Origin: a bacterium
GTDB lineage: Bacteria; Desulfobacterota; DSWW01
NCBI GenBank assembly: GCA_040756235.1
Contig: JBFLZG010000126.1
Span: 32,001-96,000, forward strand
Direction of reading: 5' to 3'
DNA: 64,000 bases
Positions 11,001 through 20,973 of this stretch are shown one piece after another; positions within the stretch are counted from its first letter, which is position 1; every line of letters starts with the position of its first letter. Position numbers and translations under genes: made by a program. Below the pieces are notes generated by a model, which was not told the DNA's origin, did not search any database, and was given only the letters and a program-made list of their open reading frames with translations.

Positions 11001-11394
11001 CGACGATGGGAGGGATCCGGTCGAGGTTGCTCATCATCTTGTTGTAGATCTTGATGAGCGCATCCTCCCGGTTCTCGCCCACCAGGAAGCGGACCGTTGC
11101 GACAGCCGTGCCGGAGCGGGAAAAGCTGTAGACGTACTCGACGCCCTCGATCTCCCACAGGAGCGTCTCCAGCGGCTTGGCTACGAGTTTTTCGACTTCT
11201 GCGGCCGTGGCTCCGGGGGCGCTGACCTGGACGTCCGCCACCGGGACCTCGATCTGCGGCTCCTCCTCCCTGGGTGTCACCAGGAGCGCCAGAACGCCGC
11301 TGAGGAGGGCGGCGATCATGAACAGAATCGAGAGCTTGGAGGTGAGGAACACCCTGACGATTCTGGCGGCGAGCCCGAGCTTGTCCTCGCTCAT
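8095..11394 (-). CDS. RND efflux transporter permease (AcrB/AcrD/AcrF family)
   Basis: 1099 aa with PREEEPQI, GLLVDDPIVDVENI, GIVVRNSIILIDF and RTRPILLT motifs. Confidence 0.93.
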   Translation of the reverse strand: MSEDKLGLAARIVRVFLTSKLSILFMIAALLSGVLALLVTPREEEPQIEVPVADVQVSAPGATAAEVEKLVAKPLETLLWEIEGVEYVYSFSRSGTAVATVRFLVGENREDALIKIYNKMMSNLDRIPPIVDRWIVKPIGIDDVPIVTLTFYPDQGAELDDYDLRRIAEEVLSRLQEIVNTSRSFIVGGRPREVRVLLDPERLAAHNLCALEVRQALVGQNVNVPAGSMRYDNEAILVDVGPFFHRAQEVEGAVVGVYQGRPVHVRDVAEVVDGPAEYASYTRIGFGPAAGADHGAETALVPGRVSQGEERPAVTLAIAKRKGSNAVRVADQVLERVRALRQDLLPRGVAVQVTRNYGKTANEKVNELVDHLGIAVATIVVLIAFALGWREAIIVALAVPLTLAVTLLGDLVVGYTINRVTLFALILSLGLLVDDPIVDVENIHRHFRLRKHPPLDATLVAVDEVRPPVILATFTVIVSFLPMFFVTGMMGPYMRPMPFNVPMAMLMSLVVAFTVTPWASYHLLKREYDRPAHDPSGAGEEESRRLKQLYRRVLLPMLDRPSLGWGFLLAVLAAFLLSAGLVALGLVPLKMLPYDNKSELQIVVDMPEGTTLEQTDTVGRALGRYLATVAEVTDYETYVGAAGPFDFNGMVRQYYLRKGDHVADIRVNLADKHRRKHQSHEIALRIRPAVEDIGRQYGANLKIVEMPPGPPVFATIVAELYGPEDAGYADLTRVSRRVRSLFAQTRGVVDVDDSTEADQQKVHFLVDRDKAAQHGVTPEGIARCVQLALEGQPGGTIHLPGERSPLAIVARLPEAKRSHADDILRLYVKGAKGEMVSLAELGSLRNTTAEKTIYHKNLKPVVYVMGETAGVSPAVAILSMQKHLEQNPLPPGFSVNWRGEGEWKITLDVFRDLGIAFGVALALIYVLLVAQTGSLIIPVIIMVAIPLTVIGIMPGFAILNLILDRPIGPYGTPVFFTATGMIGMIALAGIVVRNSIILIDFIHVLMAQGGRSLKEAIIEAGAIRTRPILLTAGAALFGSWVITLDPIFSGLAWSFIFGIFASTLFSLIVVPVFYFLVYRNKEIQPERQGAGEGSPGQPV

Positions 11395-12533
11395 GACCCC
11401 TGCCCCCCTGCTGTCTCGGCCCCGGGATCCGCAGGTCCGTCCGGCTCGAGGACGCGCGGCGGCAGGAGGATGACCGATTCGCCTTCCCGCAGGCCCGACA
11501 GCACCTCGACCCTGTCGCCGTACATGCGTCCGGTCCGGATGTATCTTCTCTCCGGCGCCTGGTCAGGCCCGCCGACGACCCACACCAGCTCGATCGAGCT
11601 CACCGTCCGGACCGCTCGGCGCGAGCAGGTCAGCGGGGTCACCGATCCGGTCGGGATCTCGAGGCGGCCGAACATGCCGCTGCGCAGTCCGGGGTGCTGG
11701 GGAAGTGCAACTTTCACGAGGAAGCTCCGGGTCAGAGGGTCGGCGGCCGGAACCTTCTCCTCCACCTCTCCCGTGAGCTCGACGTTGAGCGCATCGATTC
11801 CCACGCGCAGAGGCGCCCCAAGCTGGATCGTTCCGGCCAGCCCTTCCCGGACCGCGGCCTCCAAGCGCAGCGCCCCGGCCTCCTGGATCGTGAGGATCGG
11901 TCTTCCAGGTGAAGCCATGTCTCCGACGTTCATGGATTTCTCCACCACGAACCCGCTGATCGGAGACTCGATGGCGGTGTAGCCGAGGGTGACCTCCGCT
12001 TCGCGCAGAGCCTCCCGGGCGCCGCGGAGCTTCGCCTCCGCGGCCCGGTAGGCGGCCAGCACCGACTCGAACTGCTGCTGGGGTACCGCGCCCTGCTCGC
12101 GCAGGCGCATGAACCGCTCGTAATCGGAGGAAGATCGCTGGAGCTCGCTCTGCGCCTGGGACACGGCGGAACGAGCCTGCTCCATCCGGGCCCGAATGTC
12201 GCGGTCGTCGAGCCTCGCGACCGTCCTGCCGCTTTCCACCCGGTCGCCTTCCCGGAAGGGCAGCTCGAGAAGGGTCCCCATGATGCGCGGCGCGATCAGA
12301 ACCTCTCTCGTGGCCCGGACCGTGCCCACGGCTTCTTCGGTGTTCACGAAGGTCGCGCGTCTGACGAGATCCACCTGATAGGGCCCCTTCGGCCCCTCGG
12401 GAGCGTAGGCCACCTCGCCGGGCGGAATCTTGTCTCCGCCCAGGATCCCCTGCATCCACAGCAGGATGAGGACGAGCCCGCCCAGGGACAGGGTGACGCC
12501 GATGATCTTGGACACGCGACGGGTCTTTTCCAT
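11391..12533 (-). CDS. RND periplasmic adaptor (membrane fusion protein)
   Basis: N-terminal TM segment, lipoyl half-motifs (EGDRV, I.SPISG), coiled coil, LRSGMFGR. Confidence 0.92.
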   Translation of the reverse strand: MEKTRRVSKIIGVTLSLGGLVLILLWMQGILGGDKIPPGEVAYAPEGPKGPYQVDLVRRATFVNTEEAVGTVRATREVLIAPRIMGTLLELPFREGDRVESGRTVARLDDRDIRARMEQARSAVSQAQSELQRSSSDYERFMRLREQGAVPQQQFESVLAAYRAAEAKLRGAREALREAEVTLGYTAIESPISGFVVEKSMNVGDMASPGRPILTIQEAGALRLEAAVREGLAGTIQLGAPLRVGIDALNVELTGEVEEKVPAADPLTRSFLVKVALPQHPGLRSGMFGRLEIPTGSVTPLTCSRRAVRTVSSIELVWVVGGPDQAPERRYIRTGRMYGDRVEVLSGLREGESVILLPPRVLEPDGPADPGAETAGGQGS

Positions 12534-12681
12534 CTGGTTCCTCCATGCGGGTGTCGGGTGTCGGAAATCCGGTATCCGCCCCCCTCCGCCCGGCCGGGCG
12601 ATACGCTCACCGGCCTCGGATCGGCGCTCCGGCCGGGGCGCCGAGAACCCTGAATCCTCTTCCTGCGCCGTCCTTTCGAAC

Positions 12682-14103
12682 CTACGGTGTGATCGTGGTC
12701 TCCGGGCCTTCAGACCTGACAGGACGCGAGCCGGAAGCCCCCAGGGAGCGCGCGAGCTCTCCGGTGGCCAAGTCGAGCCTGGCCAGGGAGATGCGCAAGG
12801 CGTGGATGGCCTGGAGCCGCTGCAGGCGCGAGTGGGACAGGCTCAGCTGCGCCTGTTCCAGCTCGACGACCGTGGTCAGCCCTTCGCTGTACCGGTGCCG
12901 GACGATCCTCAGGTTCTCTTCTGCCTGGGACACCTGCTCCTGTGTGACCTGCAGACTCTCCCGGTTCGTCTGGAGCTCGGTCACCGCCTGTTCGATCTCG
13001 AGCCGCATGCGGTCTTCCAGGGTCCGCACCCGGTAGCGCACGGCCCGCTCATGGGCGGCCGCCTCTTTCAAACCGGCATAATCCCTGAGCCCTTCGAAAA
13101 GGCTCCACTCCAGGCCGACGCCGAGGAGGTAAGAACCTTCGAGATCGTCGGTGAAGCGCGGGGAGTTCCACTCGTAGCTGGCCTGGACGCCGAGCTGGGG
13201 CAGAAAGCTTCCTCTTGCCGCCCGCAGGCCCGCGGAAGCCGCTTCTGCCTGTGCCCCGAGAGAAACGTAATCCGGCCTTCTCTCTTTGGCGGACTCGAGC
13301 AGACGCCCGGGATCGAGCCCGGGGATCTCATCTTGCCCGGGGGTTGCCAGCGGGGAGACTTCCCAGCGGCCCTCGGGGCTGTCGCCGATCAGGATCCTGA
13401 GCGCGGTTTCCGCGACCTTGGCCTCTCCTCTGGCCCGCACGAGACGGTCCTGGAAGCCGGCCAGCCGAACCCTTGCAGACAGAAGGTCCGAGCGCACCAC
13501 CGTGCCTTCGGCGTGGAGGAGCTCGATCTGGCGAAGGCTTTCCTGAGCCGTGGCCACGGCCATCTCGGCGACACGCACGCTTTCCTCCGCAAGGGACAGA
13601 CCCCAGTAGGCCCGGATCGTCTGATACCCGACGTCCGCCACGGCGCCCTGCAGGTCCCACTGGGCCGATTCCCTCTCGTGCCTGGCCATGCGCAACCGGT
13701 TCTCTGCCCGGCCGCCCGTGAAGAGAGGTTGTTCGACGGACAGTCGGGTCTGAAAGTTGTCGAGGGAGTCCGGATCGTTGAGGCGGTTGAGGGCGAAGTC
13801 CTGCTGGGTGAAGCGGGACTGGTTGAGGAGGTTCCCGAAGCTGGCCACCGGTTGATCGGTGCGCGTGTAGAGCTCCTGGAAACCGACCCGCGGCAGGAAG
13901 CCCGAGAAGGCCGCCTGCTCCCGGGCCCGGGCAGCCTGGACCGTCTCTTCCACCGCCGAGACCGCGGGCGACTTGCGCAGGGCCTTTTCGACCGCCTCGT
14001 GGAGATCCAGTGCTGCGGCCGAACAGGAGCGGCCGGGCAGATGCCCGACGAGCAGGAGCAGCGACGAGACAACCCACAGGCGCCGGTCGTGCATCCGGAT
14101 CAT
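12682..14103 (-). CDS. TolC-family outer membrane efflux protein
   Basis: Signal peptide, repeated LP.(V/L) and QPLFTGG/WSLFEG motifs, RY.EG; precedes MFP and RND genes. Confidence 0.9.
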   Translation of the reverse strand: MIRMHDRRLWVVSSLLLLVGHLPGRSCSAAALDLHEAVEKALRKSPAVSAVEETVQAARAREQAAFSGFLPRVGFQELYTRTDQPVASFGNLLNQSRFTQQDFALNRLNDPDSLDNFQTRLSVEQPLFTGGRAENRLRMARHERESAQWDLQGAVADVGYQTIRAYWGLSLAEESVRVAEMAVATAQESLRQIELLHAEGTVVRSDLLSARVRLAGFQDRLVRARGEAKVAETALRILIGDSPEGRWEVSPLATPGQDEIPGLDPGRLLESAKERRPDYVSLGAQAEAASAGLRAARGSFLPQLGVQASYEWNSPRFTDDLEGSYLLGVGLEWSLFEGLRDYAGLKEAAAHERAVRYRVRTLEDRMRLEIEQAVTELQTNRESLQVTQEQVSQAEENLRIVRHRYSEGLTTVVELEQAQLSLSHSRLQRLQAIHALRISLARLDLATGELARSLGASGSRPVRSEGPETTITP

Positions 14104-14373
14104 CTCTCTTCCTCCAGGGCGCTTTTGGAAAAATAAGAGATTTGTACCACCTGAAGCGGCCCGGGAGCAACACCACGCGGGCGCGACAACCCCGCTGTTA
14201 TTCCGAGCTTTTGCGTCTGCTTTGATCCCGGTGAAGGCGGCGCGTTTCTGGATGCGCGCAGAGACTCTGCTTGTCTGATCCGGGTCCGGCAAGGGGGGTG
14301 GATACCTCCGGGCGAGGAACCAGCGAAGGAGTTGTGAAACGGGCTTTCTGCCTCCCGATCTCTCGGGGAGCGT

Positions 14374-14805
14374 TCACATACGGTAAAGCTCGTCCTCGGG
14401 AAGAATCCGGACGCCGTGGCGCGAGAGGACTTCCACGGCCTTCTGCGTTTCGTCGAAACGGAAGATCATGATCGCGCTTTCCGCCCGGGACCGGACGAAG
14501 GCGTACATGTACTCCACGTTGATGCCTTCCCCGCTCAGGATCTCGAGCAGATGGGCAAGGCCGCCGGGCCGATCCGGCACCTCGGCCGCCACCACGTCCG
14601 TCTGGCGCACGGTCAATCCCTCCTGCTTGAGCAGAGCGACGGCCGTCTCGACGTCGTTGACCAGGATCCGCAGGATCCCGAAGTCCGCGGTATCCGCCAG
14701 AGAGAGGGCGCGGATGTTGATGCCGCGATCACCCAGCAGCCGGGTCACCTCCGCAAGGCGGCCGGCGCGGTTTTCCAGAAAGATGGATACCTGTTTGGCA
14801 GTCAT
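14374..14805 (-). CDS. Double ACT-domain amino acid-binding protein
   Basis: QVSIFLENRAGRLAEV and DRPGGL..INVEYMYAF; typical neighbour of paaK. Confidence 0.9.
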   Translation of the reverse strand: MTAKQVSIFLENRAGRLAEVTRLLGDRGINIRALSLADTADFGILRILVNDVETAVALLKQEGLTVRQTDVVAAEVPDRPGGLAHLLEILSGEGINVEYMYAFVRSRAESAIMIFRFDETQKAVEVLSRHGVRILPEDELYRM

Positions 14806-14890
14806 GGCGTGCCTCCCCGGCATGGACGGAACCGGACGCGGCGACCCGGCCGGTCGCTGAGCCCGACAGAAGGGCGACCGCCGGTCGCGC

Positions 14891-16189
14891 CTACGGTTTT
14901 CTGCGGTCGATGACCCGCGTGGCCTTGCCCTCGCTGCGGGCGATCGTGTTCGGTTCCACGAGCTTTACCTTCACGGCGATTTGGAGGGTGCTCTCCACCT
15001 CTTCTTGGATGCGTTTTTCGATGTTTTCGAGCAATTTGATCTCGTCGGAGAACATCTTTTCCGAGACCTCGACGTGGATTTCCAGGGTGTCCAGGCTGTG
15101 GACCCTGTCCACGTAAATCAGGTAGTGCGGGGCGACTTCCGGCACTTCGAGGAGCACGCTCTCGATCTGGGAGGGGAACACGTTGACGCCTCGGATGATG
15201 AGCATGTCGTCTGAGCGGCCCGAGATCTTGCGCATGCGCAAGGTGGTGCGGCCGCAGGAGCACCGCTCCGGCTCGAGGCTGGTGATGTCCCGCGTGCGGT
15301 AGCGGATCAAAGGGATCCCTTCCTTGGTGAGGGTCGTCAGGACGAGCTCCCCGGTCATGCCGGGCTCCAGCACCTCACCGGTTGCAGGGTCGATCACCTC
15401 GGGCAGGAAGTGGTCCTCCATCAGGTGGAGCCCTGCCTTGGCCTTGCATTCGGCGGCCACTCCGGGACCGATGATCTCGCTCAGGCCGTAGATGTCGATC
15501 GCGTCGATCCCGAGATCCCGCTCGATCTGCTGGCGCATCGACTCGGTCCATGGCTCGGCGCCGAAGATACCGACCCTCAGGGGCATGTCCCGAATGGGTG
15601 TCCCCATCTGCTCTGCCACCTCGCCCAGATAGAGGGCGTAGGACGGGGTGGAACAGAGTGCGGTGATGCCGAAGTCCTTCATGAGCATGATCTGGCGCTT
15701 GGTGTTGCCCACGGAGATCGGCACCACGGCGGCGCCGACCCGCTCCGCCCCGTAGTGGGCCCCGAGCCCGCCCGTGAACAGGCCATAGCCGAAGGCGTTC
15801 TGGATGATGTCCCCTCGGCCGACCCCGGCCGAGGCGAGCGTCCTGGCCATGACCTCGGACCAGATCTCGATGTCCCTGCGGGTGTAGCCCACGACGGTCG
15901 GCTTTCCCGTCGTGCCGCTCGAGGCATGGATCCGCACGATCTCCTCCATGGGTGCGGCAAACAGGCCGAAGGGGTAATGGTCCCTGAGATCGCTCTTGAT
16001 GGTGAAAGGAAGTCTGCGGAGATCCTCGAGGTTGCGGACCGTCTCGGGCCCCAGGCCGGCCAGCTCCATTCGCGTGCGATAGAAGGGGACGTGCTCGTAG
16101 ACCCTGCGGACCTGGGTCCGGACTCTCTGCAACTGGAGCCTTTCCAGGTCCATGCGCTCCATGCACTCGCATTGTTCGTTCCAGTACAA
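14891..16189 (-). CDS. paaK: Phenylacetate-CoA ligase family protein
   Basis: [35 protein letters not shown] and [16 protein letters not shown] motifs. Confidence 0.93.
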   Translation of the reverse strand: MYWNEQCECMERMDLERLQLQRVRTQVRRVYEHVPFYRTRMELAGLGPETVRNLEDLRRLPFTIKSDLRDHYPFGLFAAPMEEIVRIHASSGTTGKPTVVGYTRRDIEIWSEVMARTLASAGVGRGDIIQNAFGYGLFTGGLGAHYGAERVGAAVVPISVGNTKRQIMLMKDFGITALCSTPSYALYLGEVAEQMGTPIRDMPLRVGIFGAEPWTESMRQQIERDLGIDAIDIYGLSEIIGPGVAAECKAKAGLHLMEDHFLPEVIDPATGEVLEPGMTGELVLTTLTKEGIPLIRYRTRDITSLEPERCSCGRTTLRMRKISGRSDDMLIIRGVNVFPSQIESVLLEVPEVAPHYLIYVDRVHSLDTLEIHVEVSEKMFSDEIKLLENIEKRIQEEVESTLQIAVKVKLVEPNTIARSEGKATRVIDRRKP

Positions 16190-16230
16190 TCCTCACCCTC
16201 CTCGAGAAGCAAAAGATCCAAGGTGCAAGG

Positions 16231-16839
16231 TCACCTTTTCCCCTTCGCCTTTTCCCTTTTCCCTGGGACCCTCTCTCTGCCCATCTCGAAGGCCTTGAGA
16301 TTCACGTCGACCACTTTCCGGGGTAGCCTCTCCTCGATCACTTCTCTCCAGATCTCCACGGGGAGCGGGAAGGAGCGCGAGGCGGCTCCCACGAGCACGC
16401 TGTTGATCGAGCGGACGTCCCCGGCCTTGCGGGCAAGCCCGAGGGCGTCGATGACCTCGGTCGGTGCGGACCGTCGCTCGAGGCTCGCGCAGATGTCTTC
16501 CGGGTAGTGCATGCGCCCCGAGGTGACCGTCGTGGGCATGATCTCCTGGCGGCCGACCAGGAGGCGTCCCTGCTTCCTGAGAAAGCCCAGCCAGCGCAGT
16601 GCCTCGAGCGATTCGAAAGCGATGAGCAGATCCGCTTCCCCGGCCGGGATCAAGGGAGAGAACACCTTCCGGCCGCAGCGGACGTGGCTGGAAACCGTCC
16701 CGCCCCGCTGGGCCATGCCGTGCACTTCGCTCTTCTTCACGTCATAGCCCGCCTTGAGGAACCCCAGGGCGATGAGCTCGCTGGCGACGAGCACGCCCTG
16801 CCCCCCTACACCCACCAGCAGAATGTTCCAGGCGTCCAC
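16231..16839 (-). CDS. iorB: Indolepyruvate:ferredoxin oxidoreductase beta subunit
   Basis: GVGGQG and SEVHGMAQRGG motifs. Confidence 0.93.
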   Translation of the reverse strand: MDAWNILLVGVGGQGVLVASELIALGFLKAGYDVKKSEVHGMAQRGGTVSSHVRCGRKVFSPLIPAGEADLLIAFESLEALRWLGFLRKQGRLLVGRQEIMPTTVTSGRMHYPEDICASLERRSAPTEVIDALGLARKAGDVRSINSVLVGAASRSFPLPVEIWREVIEERLPRKVVDVNLKAFEMGRERVPGKREKAKGKR

Positions 16840-16851
16840 TCTCTTGATCTC

Positions 16852-18633
16852 CTATTCCGGCGTCCACTCCTGGATCGCTTCGGCTTTGCAGACCTGCTCG
16901 CAGATCGGGCACCCGTTGCAGACCGCCGCGTCGATGGTCGCTTTCCCTTCCGCGGTTTCGCTCAGCGCGGGGCAGCCGATGCGGAGGCAGAGGCGGCAGC
17001 CCGCGCATGCTTCCGGGTCCACTTTCTTGGGGCGGCGCTTCTCTCCTTTCCTGAGGAGCAGGCACGACCTTCTGGCGATGATGAGCGAGGAATGCGGAGC
17101 GCGGACCTCCTCCCGCAGGGCCTTCTCCATTGCCTTCAGGTCGTAAGGGTCCACGGTTCGGACCGACTCGATCCCCAGCGCCTTGCCGAGGGCCTCGAAG
17201 TCGACCGAGGGGGCTTCCTCTCCCTGAGCCGTTCGACCCGTTCCAGCGTGTTCCTGGAAACCGGTCATGGCCGTGGTCCGGTTGTCCAGGATGAGGGTCG
17301 TAGAGCATCCCTTGTTGTAGGCCACGTTGAGCAGCGGCGCGATCCCGGAGTGCAGGAAGGTGCTGTCGCCGAGGACCGCCACGCAGCGGGGGCGCCCGCC
17401 GTCCTCCCTGCCTGCCAGCGCCTTTTCGAGCCCGTGAGCCATGCCGATGCTGGCGCCCATGCAGACGGTGGTGTCCATGGTCTCCAGGGGCGGCGCCACG
17501 CTGAGCGTGTAACAGCCGATGTCGCCCATGACGTCGAGCTTGAGCTTCTTGATCGTGTAGAAGGTGGCCGAGTGAGGGCATCCGGGGCAGAGCGCGGGAG
17601 GTCTGGGCGGCAGCGCCCTCCTTGCGGCGGGCTCCTCGCCGGGCGAGAGCGTCGTGTCGCGTCGCAGGCCCCGGGAGACGATCTCGGGGGTGAGCTCGCC
17701 GCACAGGGGCAGGCGATCCTTGCCGAAGGCCGGGACCCCGAGACTGCGGACCTGTACTTCCAGAAAAGGGTCGAGCTCCTCGACCACGGCGATCTCTTTC
17801 AGGCCTTCGGCGAAGGCCCGGATCTTGGCGGCCGGCAGCGGGTGGCTCATTCCGATCTTCAGGAAGGACGCACGGGGAAAGGCTTCCCTGGCGTACTGGT
17901 AGGCTACGCCGCTCGAGACGATGCCGAGGGTGCCTTCTCCGGGCTCGACCCGGTTCAACGGGGTTGATTCGGAGAGGTCCGCGAGCTGCTCCATCCTGCG
18001 CTCGACCAGCTCGTGGCGCTGCCGGGCATACATCGGCACCATGACGTACTTGGGCGGGTCCTTGCGGAAAGCGGGTGGGATCGGACTCGTTCTGACCGCA
18101 GCCTTGCGCACGACCACGGTCTTGGAGTGGCAGATCCGGGTGGTCACGCGCAGGAGCACGGGCGTGTCGTATTGCTCGCTCATCTGCAAGGCGACGGCCA
18201 CGAAGTCATAGGCCTCCTGAGAGTCGGAGGGCTCGAGCATCGGGACCTTGGCAGCCACGGCGAAGTGGCGGTTGTCCTGCTCGTTCTGGGAGCTGTGCAA
18301 CCCCGGGTCGTCTGCCGAGACGATCAGGAGGCCGCCTCGGACTCCGATATAGGAAGCGGTGAAGAACGGATCGGCGGCCACGTTGAGGCCCACGTGCTTC
18401 ATGCTGACCAGGGACCTGGCTCCGCCGAGAGAGGCGCCGATGGCGACCTCCATGGCGACCTTCTCGTTGGGAGACCATTCGGCGTACACGTCCTTGAATC
18501 GCGCGAGGCTCTCGAGGATCTCGGTGCTCGGGGTGCCCGGGTAGGCCGTGGCGACCCGAACCCCGGCATCGTAAGCGCCGTAGGCGATGGCCTCATTGCC
18601 GGACAGAAGTTCTCTGTTTGGCTGTGTTTTCAC
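16852..18633 (-). CDS. iorA: Indolepyruvate:ferredoxin oxidoreductase alpha subunit
   Basis: GNEAIA, YPGTPSTE, KHVGLNVAAD, LCPGCPH, GDIGCY, GDSTF and a C-terminal ferredoxin. Start GTG 18633 is approximate. Confidence 0.94.
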   Translation of the reverse strand: MKTQPNRELLSGNEAIAYGAYDAGVRVATAYPGTPSTEILESLARFKDVYAEWSPNEKVAMEVAIGASLGGARSLVSMKHVGLNVAADPFFTASYIGVRGGLLIVSADDPGLHSSQNEQDNRHFAVAAKVPMLEPSDSQEAYDFVAVALQMSEQYDTPVLLRVTTRICHSKTVVVRKAAVRTSPIPPAFRKDPPKYVMVPMYARQRHELVERRMEQLADLSESTPLNRVEPGEGTLGIVSSGVAYQYAREAFPRASFLKIGMSHPLPAAKIRAFAEGLKEIAVVEELDPFLEVQVRSLGVPAFGKDRLPLCGELTPEIVSRGLRRDTTLSPGEEPAARRALPPRPPALCPGCPHSATFYTIKKLKLDVMGDIGCYTLSVAPPLETMDTTVCMGASIGMAHGLEKALAGREDGGRPRCVAVLGDSTFLHSGIAPLLNVAYNKGCSTTLILDNRTTAMTGFQEHAGTGRTAQGEEAPSVDFEALGKALGIESVRTVDPYDLKAMEKALREEVRAPHSSLIIARRSCLLLRKGEKRRPKKVDPEACAGCRLCLRIGCPALSETAEGKATIDAAVCNGCPICEQVCKAEAIQEWTPE

Positions 18634-18878
18634 GGGATCTGGCTCTCCTGGAAACTGCGGTGACGCCCGCGACAAGGCTAAAAAACCTAACAGAATCGGA
18701 GCGCTGAGTCAAAGGTCGAAAGACCCGGCAGATCCGGCCCGGAATCCCCGGCGCCGCGGGTCGGGGCGATGCGGGAAAGAAGAGGAAAAGGGGCGGGTTG
18801 AACGAGCGGTTGAAACCCGCCTGGCCCCGGTGCAAGATTGGCGGGCGTGCCACACCCCACCGTCTGGAGGAAAGCCGG

Positions 18879-20390
18879 ATGAGAACGCCCCTTGCGGCTC
18901 TCTTTGTGATCTCGGCCCTCGCCTTCTTGAGATCGTCCCCGTGCGCGTCGTCGCAAGCCGGCGGAGCGGCTCCGCTGAGCGACCGGACCCAGGCCTGCCT
19001 CTCCTGCCACACGATTTACACCCAGGGCATCGTTGCGGATTGGGAGCAGAGCCGGCACGCGCGGTCCAGCGTGCGGCAGGCGCTCAGCCGGCCTGAAAAG
19101 GAGCGCCGGGTCTCGGTGCAAGCGCCTGAAGAGGCCGGAGTTGCCTACCCGGACGTGGCGGTCGGGTGCGCCGAATGCCACCTGCTCGATCCCAAGCTCC
19201 ATGAGGACACCTTTTCCCACAACGGGTACGAGGTTCACGTCGTCGTCTCGCCCCCGGACTGCGCCCATTGCCACCCGGTGGAGCAGGAGCAGTACCTCGC
19301 CGCCAACAAGATGTCCCGGGCCCACGGGAACCTCGCCGCCAACCCGGTGTACCGGGACCTGGCAGAGGCGGTCGCGGGCGTGAGGCGAGCCGGGAACGGA
19401 GACCTCCGCTCGTCCGGGGGCCGCGAAGCTGCGCCGTATGAAAGCTGTTTCGCCTGCCACGGAACCCGGGTCGCGGTCCTTGGAACCAGGAAGATCGACG
19501 CGCGCACCGAGTCGGTGGAGGTGCCGGACCTCTCCGGCTGGCCCAACACGGGGGCCGGCCGCGTGAACCCGGACGGATCCCTGGGCGCCTGTTCCGCCTG
19601 TCACCCGCGCCACTGCTTCTCCATGGCCGCGGCGCGCGAGCCTCGGACCTGCGCGCGCTGCCACGAGGGGCCCGACGTGCCTGCCTGGAACGTGTACGAG
19701 AACAGCAAGCATGGCGTTCTGTCCTCCGCGTCGCGGGAAGCTTCGGCCATGGACGTCGTGCCCTGGAAGCTGGGCAGGGACTTTCGGGCGCCGACCTGTG
19801 CGGTCTGTCACGCAAGCCTCATCGTGGACACGGAAGGCGCCGTGGTGCTCAAGAGGACTCACGGATTCGGCGACAGACTTTGGGTCCGCCTCTTCGGGCT
19901 GGTCTACAGCCACCCCCAGCCCCTGGAGCCGGACACCACGCGCATCCGCAACGCGACCGGCCAGCCCCTCCCCGTGACCCTGCAGGGAGAGCCGGCAGCC
20001 GCCTTCCTGATTCCGCCCGAGGAGCAGAGCCGCAGGCGCCGGAGCATGATGACCCTGTGTGAAGGCTGCCACGGGACGCAGTGGACCACGCTCCACTTCG
20101 GGCAATTCGCAGCCACGCTCGAGAACGTGGACACCGCTGTCCGCCAGGGAACGGCCCTCATGCAGCGCGCCTGGGCCGAAGGATGGGCCGCGCCGGAGAG
20201 CCTGTTCGACGAGGCGCTGGAGAGGCTCTGGACGGAACAGTGGCTGCTGTGCGCCAACGGGATCCGCTACACGTCGGCCATGGCGGGCGCGCCGGACCAT
20301 GCCGCCTTTCGCGGCGGCTGGTGGGGCCTTTCGGGCTCCCTGGTGCGGCTGCGCGAGGCCGTGGAGCACGGGCGCCGCACCGCCCGGTGA
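18879..20390 (+). CDS. Periplasmic octaheme cytochrome c, hydroxylamine oxidoreductase (HAO) family
   Basis: Signal peptide and 8 CxxCH motifs (CLSCH, CAECH, CAHCH, CFACH, CSACH, CARCH, CAVCH, CEGCH); HAO-type G.C..CH.RH.FS and EP.TC..CH.GPD motifs. Confidence 0.85.
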   Translation: MRTPLAALFVISALAFLRSSPCASSQAGGAAPLSDRTQACLSCHTIYTQGIVADWEQSRHARSSVRQALSRPEKERRVSVQAPEEAGVAYPDVAVGCAECHLLDPKLHEDTFSHNGYEVHVVVSPPDCAHCHPVEQEQYLAANKMSRAHGNLAANPVYRDLAEAVAGVRRAGNGDLRSSGGREAAPYESCFACHGTRVAVLGTRKIDARTESVEVPDLSGWPNTGAGRVNPDGSLGACSACHPRHCFSMAAAREPRTCARCHEGPDVPAWNVYENSKHGVLSSASREASAMDVVPWKLGRDFRAPTCAVCHASLIVDTEGAVVLKRTHGFGDRLWVRLFGLVYSHPQPLEPDTTRIRNATGQPLPVTLQGEPAAAFLIPPEEQSRRRRSMMTLCEGCHGTQWTTLHFGQFAATLENVDTAVRQGTALMQRAWAEGWAAPESLFDEALERLWTEQWLLCANGIRYTSAMAGAPDHAAFRGGWWGLSGSLVRLREAVEHGRRTAR

Positions 20391-20487
20391 GCGCGCCGGC
20401 CGGCCGGGACCTTCCCCTCGCCTCTTTTCTTCGCCGCGCCGTCGGTCGGATGCATGCGCTCGGCGGGCTCCGCGCCGCGCCCCTCCG

Positions 20488-20504
20488 TTGCAACTCAGTT
20501 GCAT
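20488..20504 (+). promoter_or_regulatory. Zur box
   Basis: TTGCAACTCAGTTGCAT, palindromic TGCAAC-N3-GTTGCA, matching the ATGCAACnnnGTTGCAT-type deltaproteobacterial Zur motif (recalled, not searched); about 50 bp upstream of zur-znu. Confidence 0.8.
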
Positions 20505-20556
20505 TTGTGCAAAACTGCGTTGGTGTGTGCGGACGCCACCAGCGAGGAGAACGAGC

Positions 20557-20973
20557 GTGGGCAGGGAGTCTCAGATCCTCCATGAGGCAGGGCTCAAGGC
20601 CACGGAGCTGCGCATCCGGGTGCTGCACGTGCTCCTGGATGCCCGACAGCCCCTGGCCCACCGCGAGGTCGTGGAGCAGGCGGGGCGCAGGGGGCTCGAT
20701 CGGGTCAGCGTGTACCGGGCGCTTCAGGCCTTCGTGGCAAAGGGGATCGCCCACCGTGTCCTGGGCGAGGACCGCGTGGGCCGGTTCGCCCTGTGCGATC
20801 GAAAGACCGCTCACCCGGTCCATCCGCATTTCGTTTGCCGCAGTTGCGGCAAGATCGTCTGTCTCAAGAAGGTGCGCATGCCGCCGGTGACGCGGGAGAA
20901 GCTCGGCCATCGCATCGAGGAACAGTTCTGGACCATGAGGGGGGTCTGCTCGGCATGTCTCGGAGCCTGCTGA
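20557..20973 (+). CDS. zur: Fur-family regulator, probably Zur
   Basis: GTG start after AGGAG; SVYRAL, HPHFVCRSCG and C-terminal CSAC; heads znuACB. Confidence 0.85.
   Translation: MGRESQILHEAGLKATELRIRVLHVLLDARQPLAHREVVEQAGRRGLDRVSVYRALQAFVAKGIAHRVLGEDRVGRFALCDRKTAHPVHPHFVCRSCGKIVCLKKVRMPPVTREKLGHRIEEQFWTMRGVCSACLGAC

Noticed and set aside
8131..11982. Very long alternative-frame ORFs (1283 aa here, 1080 aa at 28124-31366, 1142 aa at 7730-11158 and others)
   Set aside because: Antisense or shifted shadows of real genes in GC-rich DNA with no recognisable motifs.
14374..18633. iorA-iorB-paaK-ACT cluster as a novel system
   Set aside because: Widely conserved arrangement in anaerobes.
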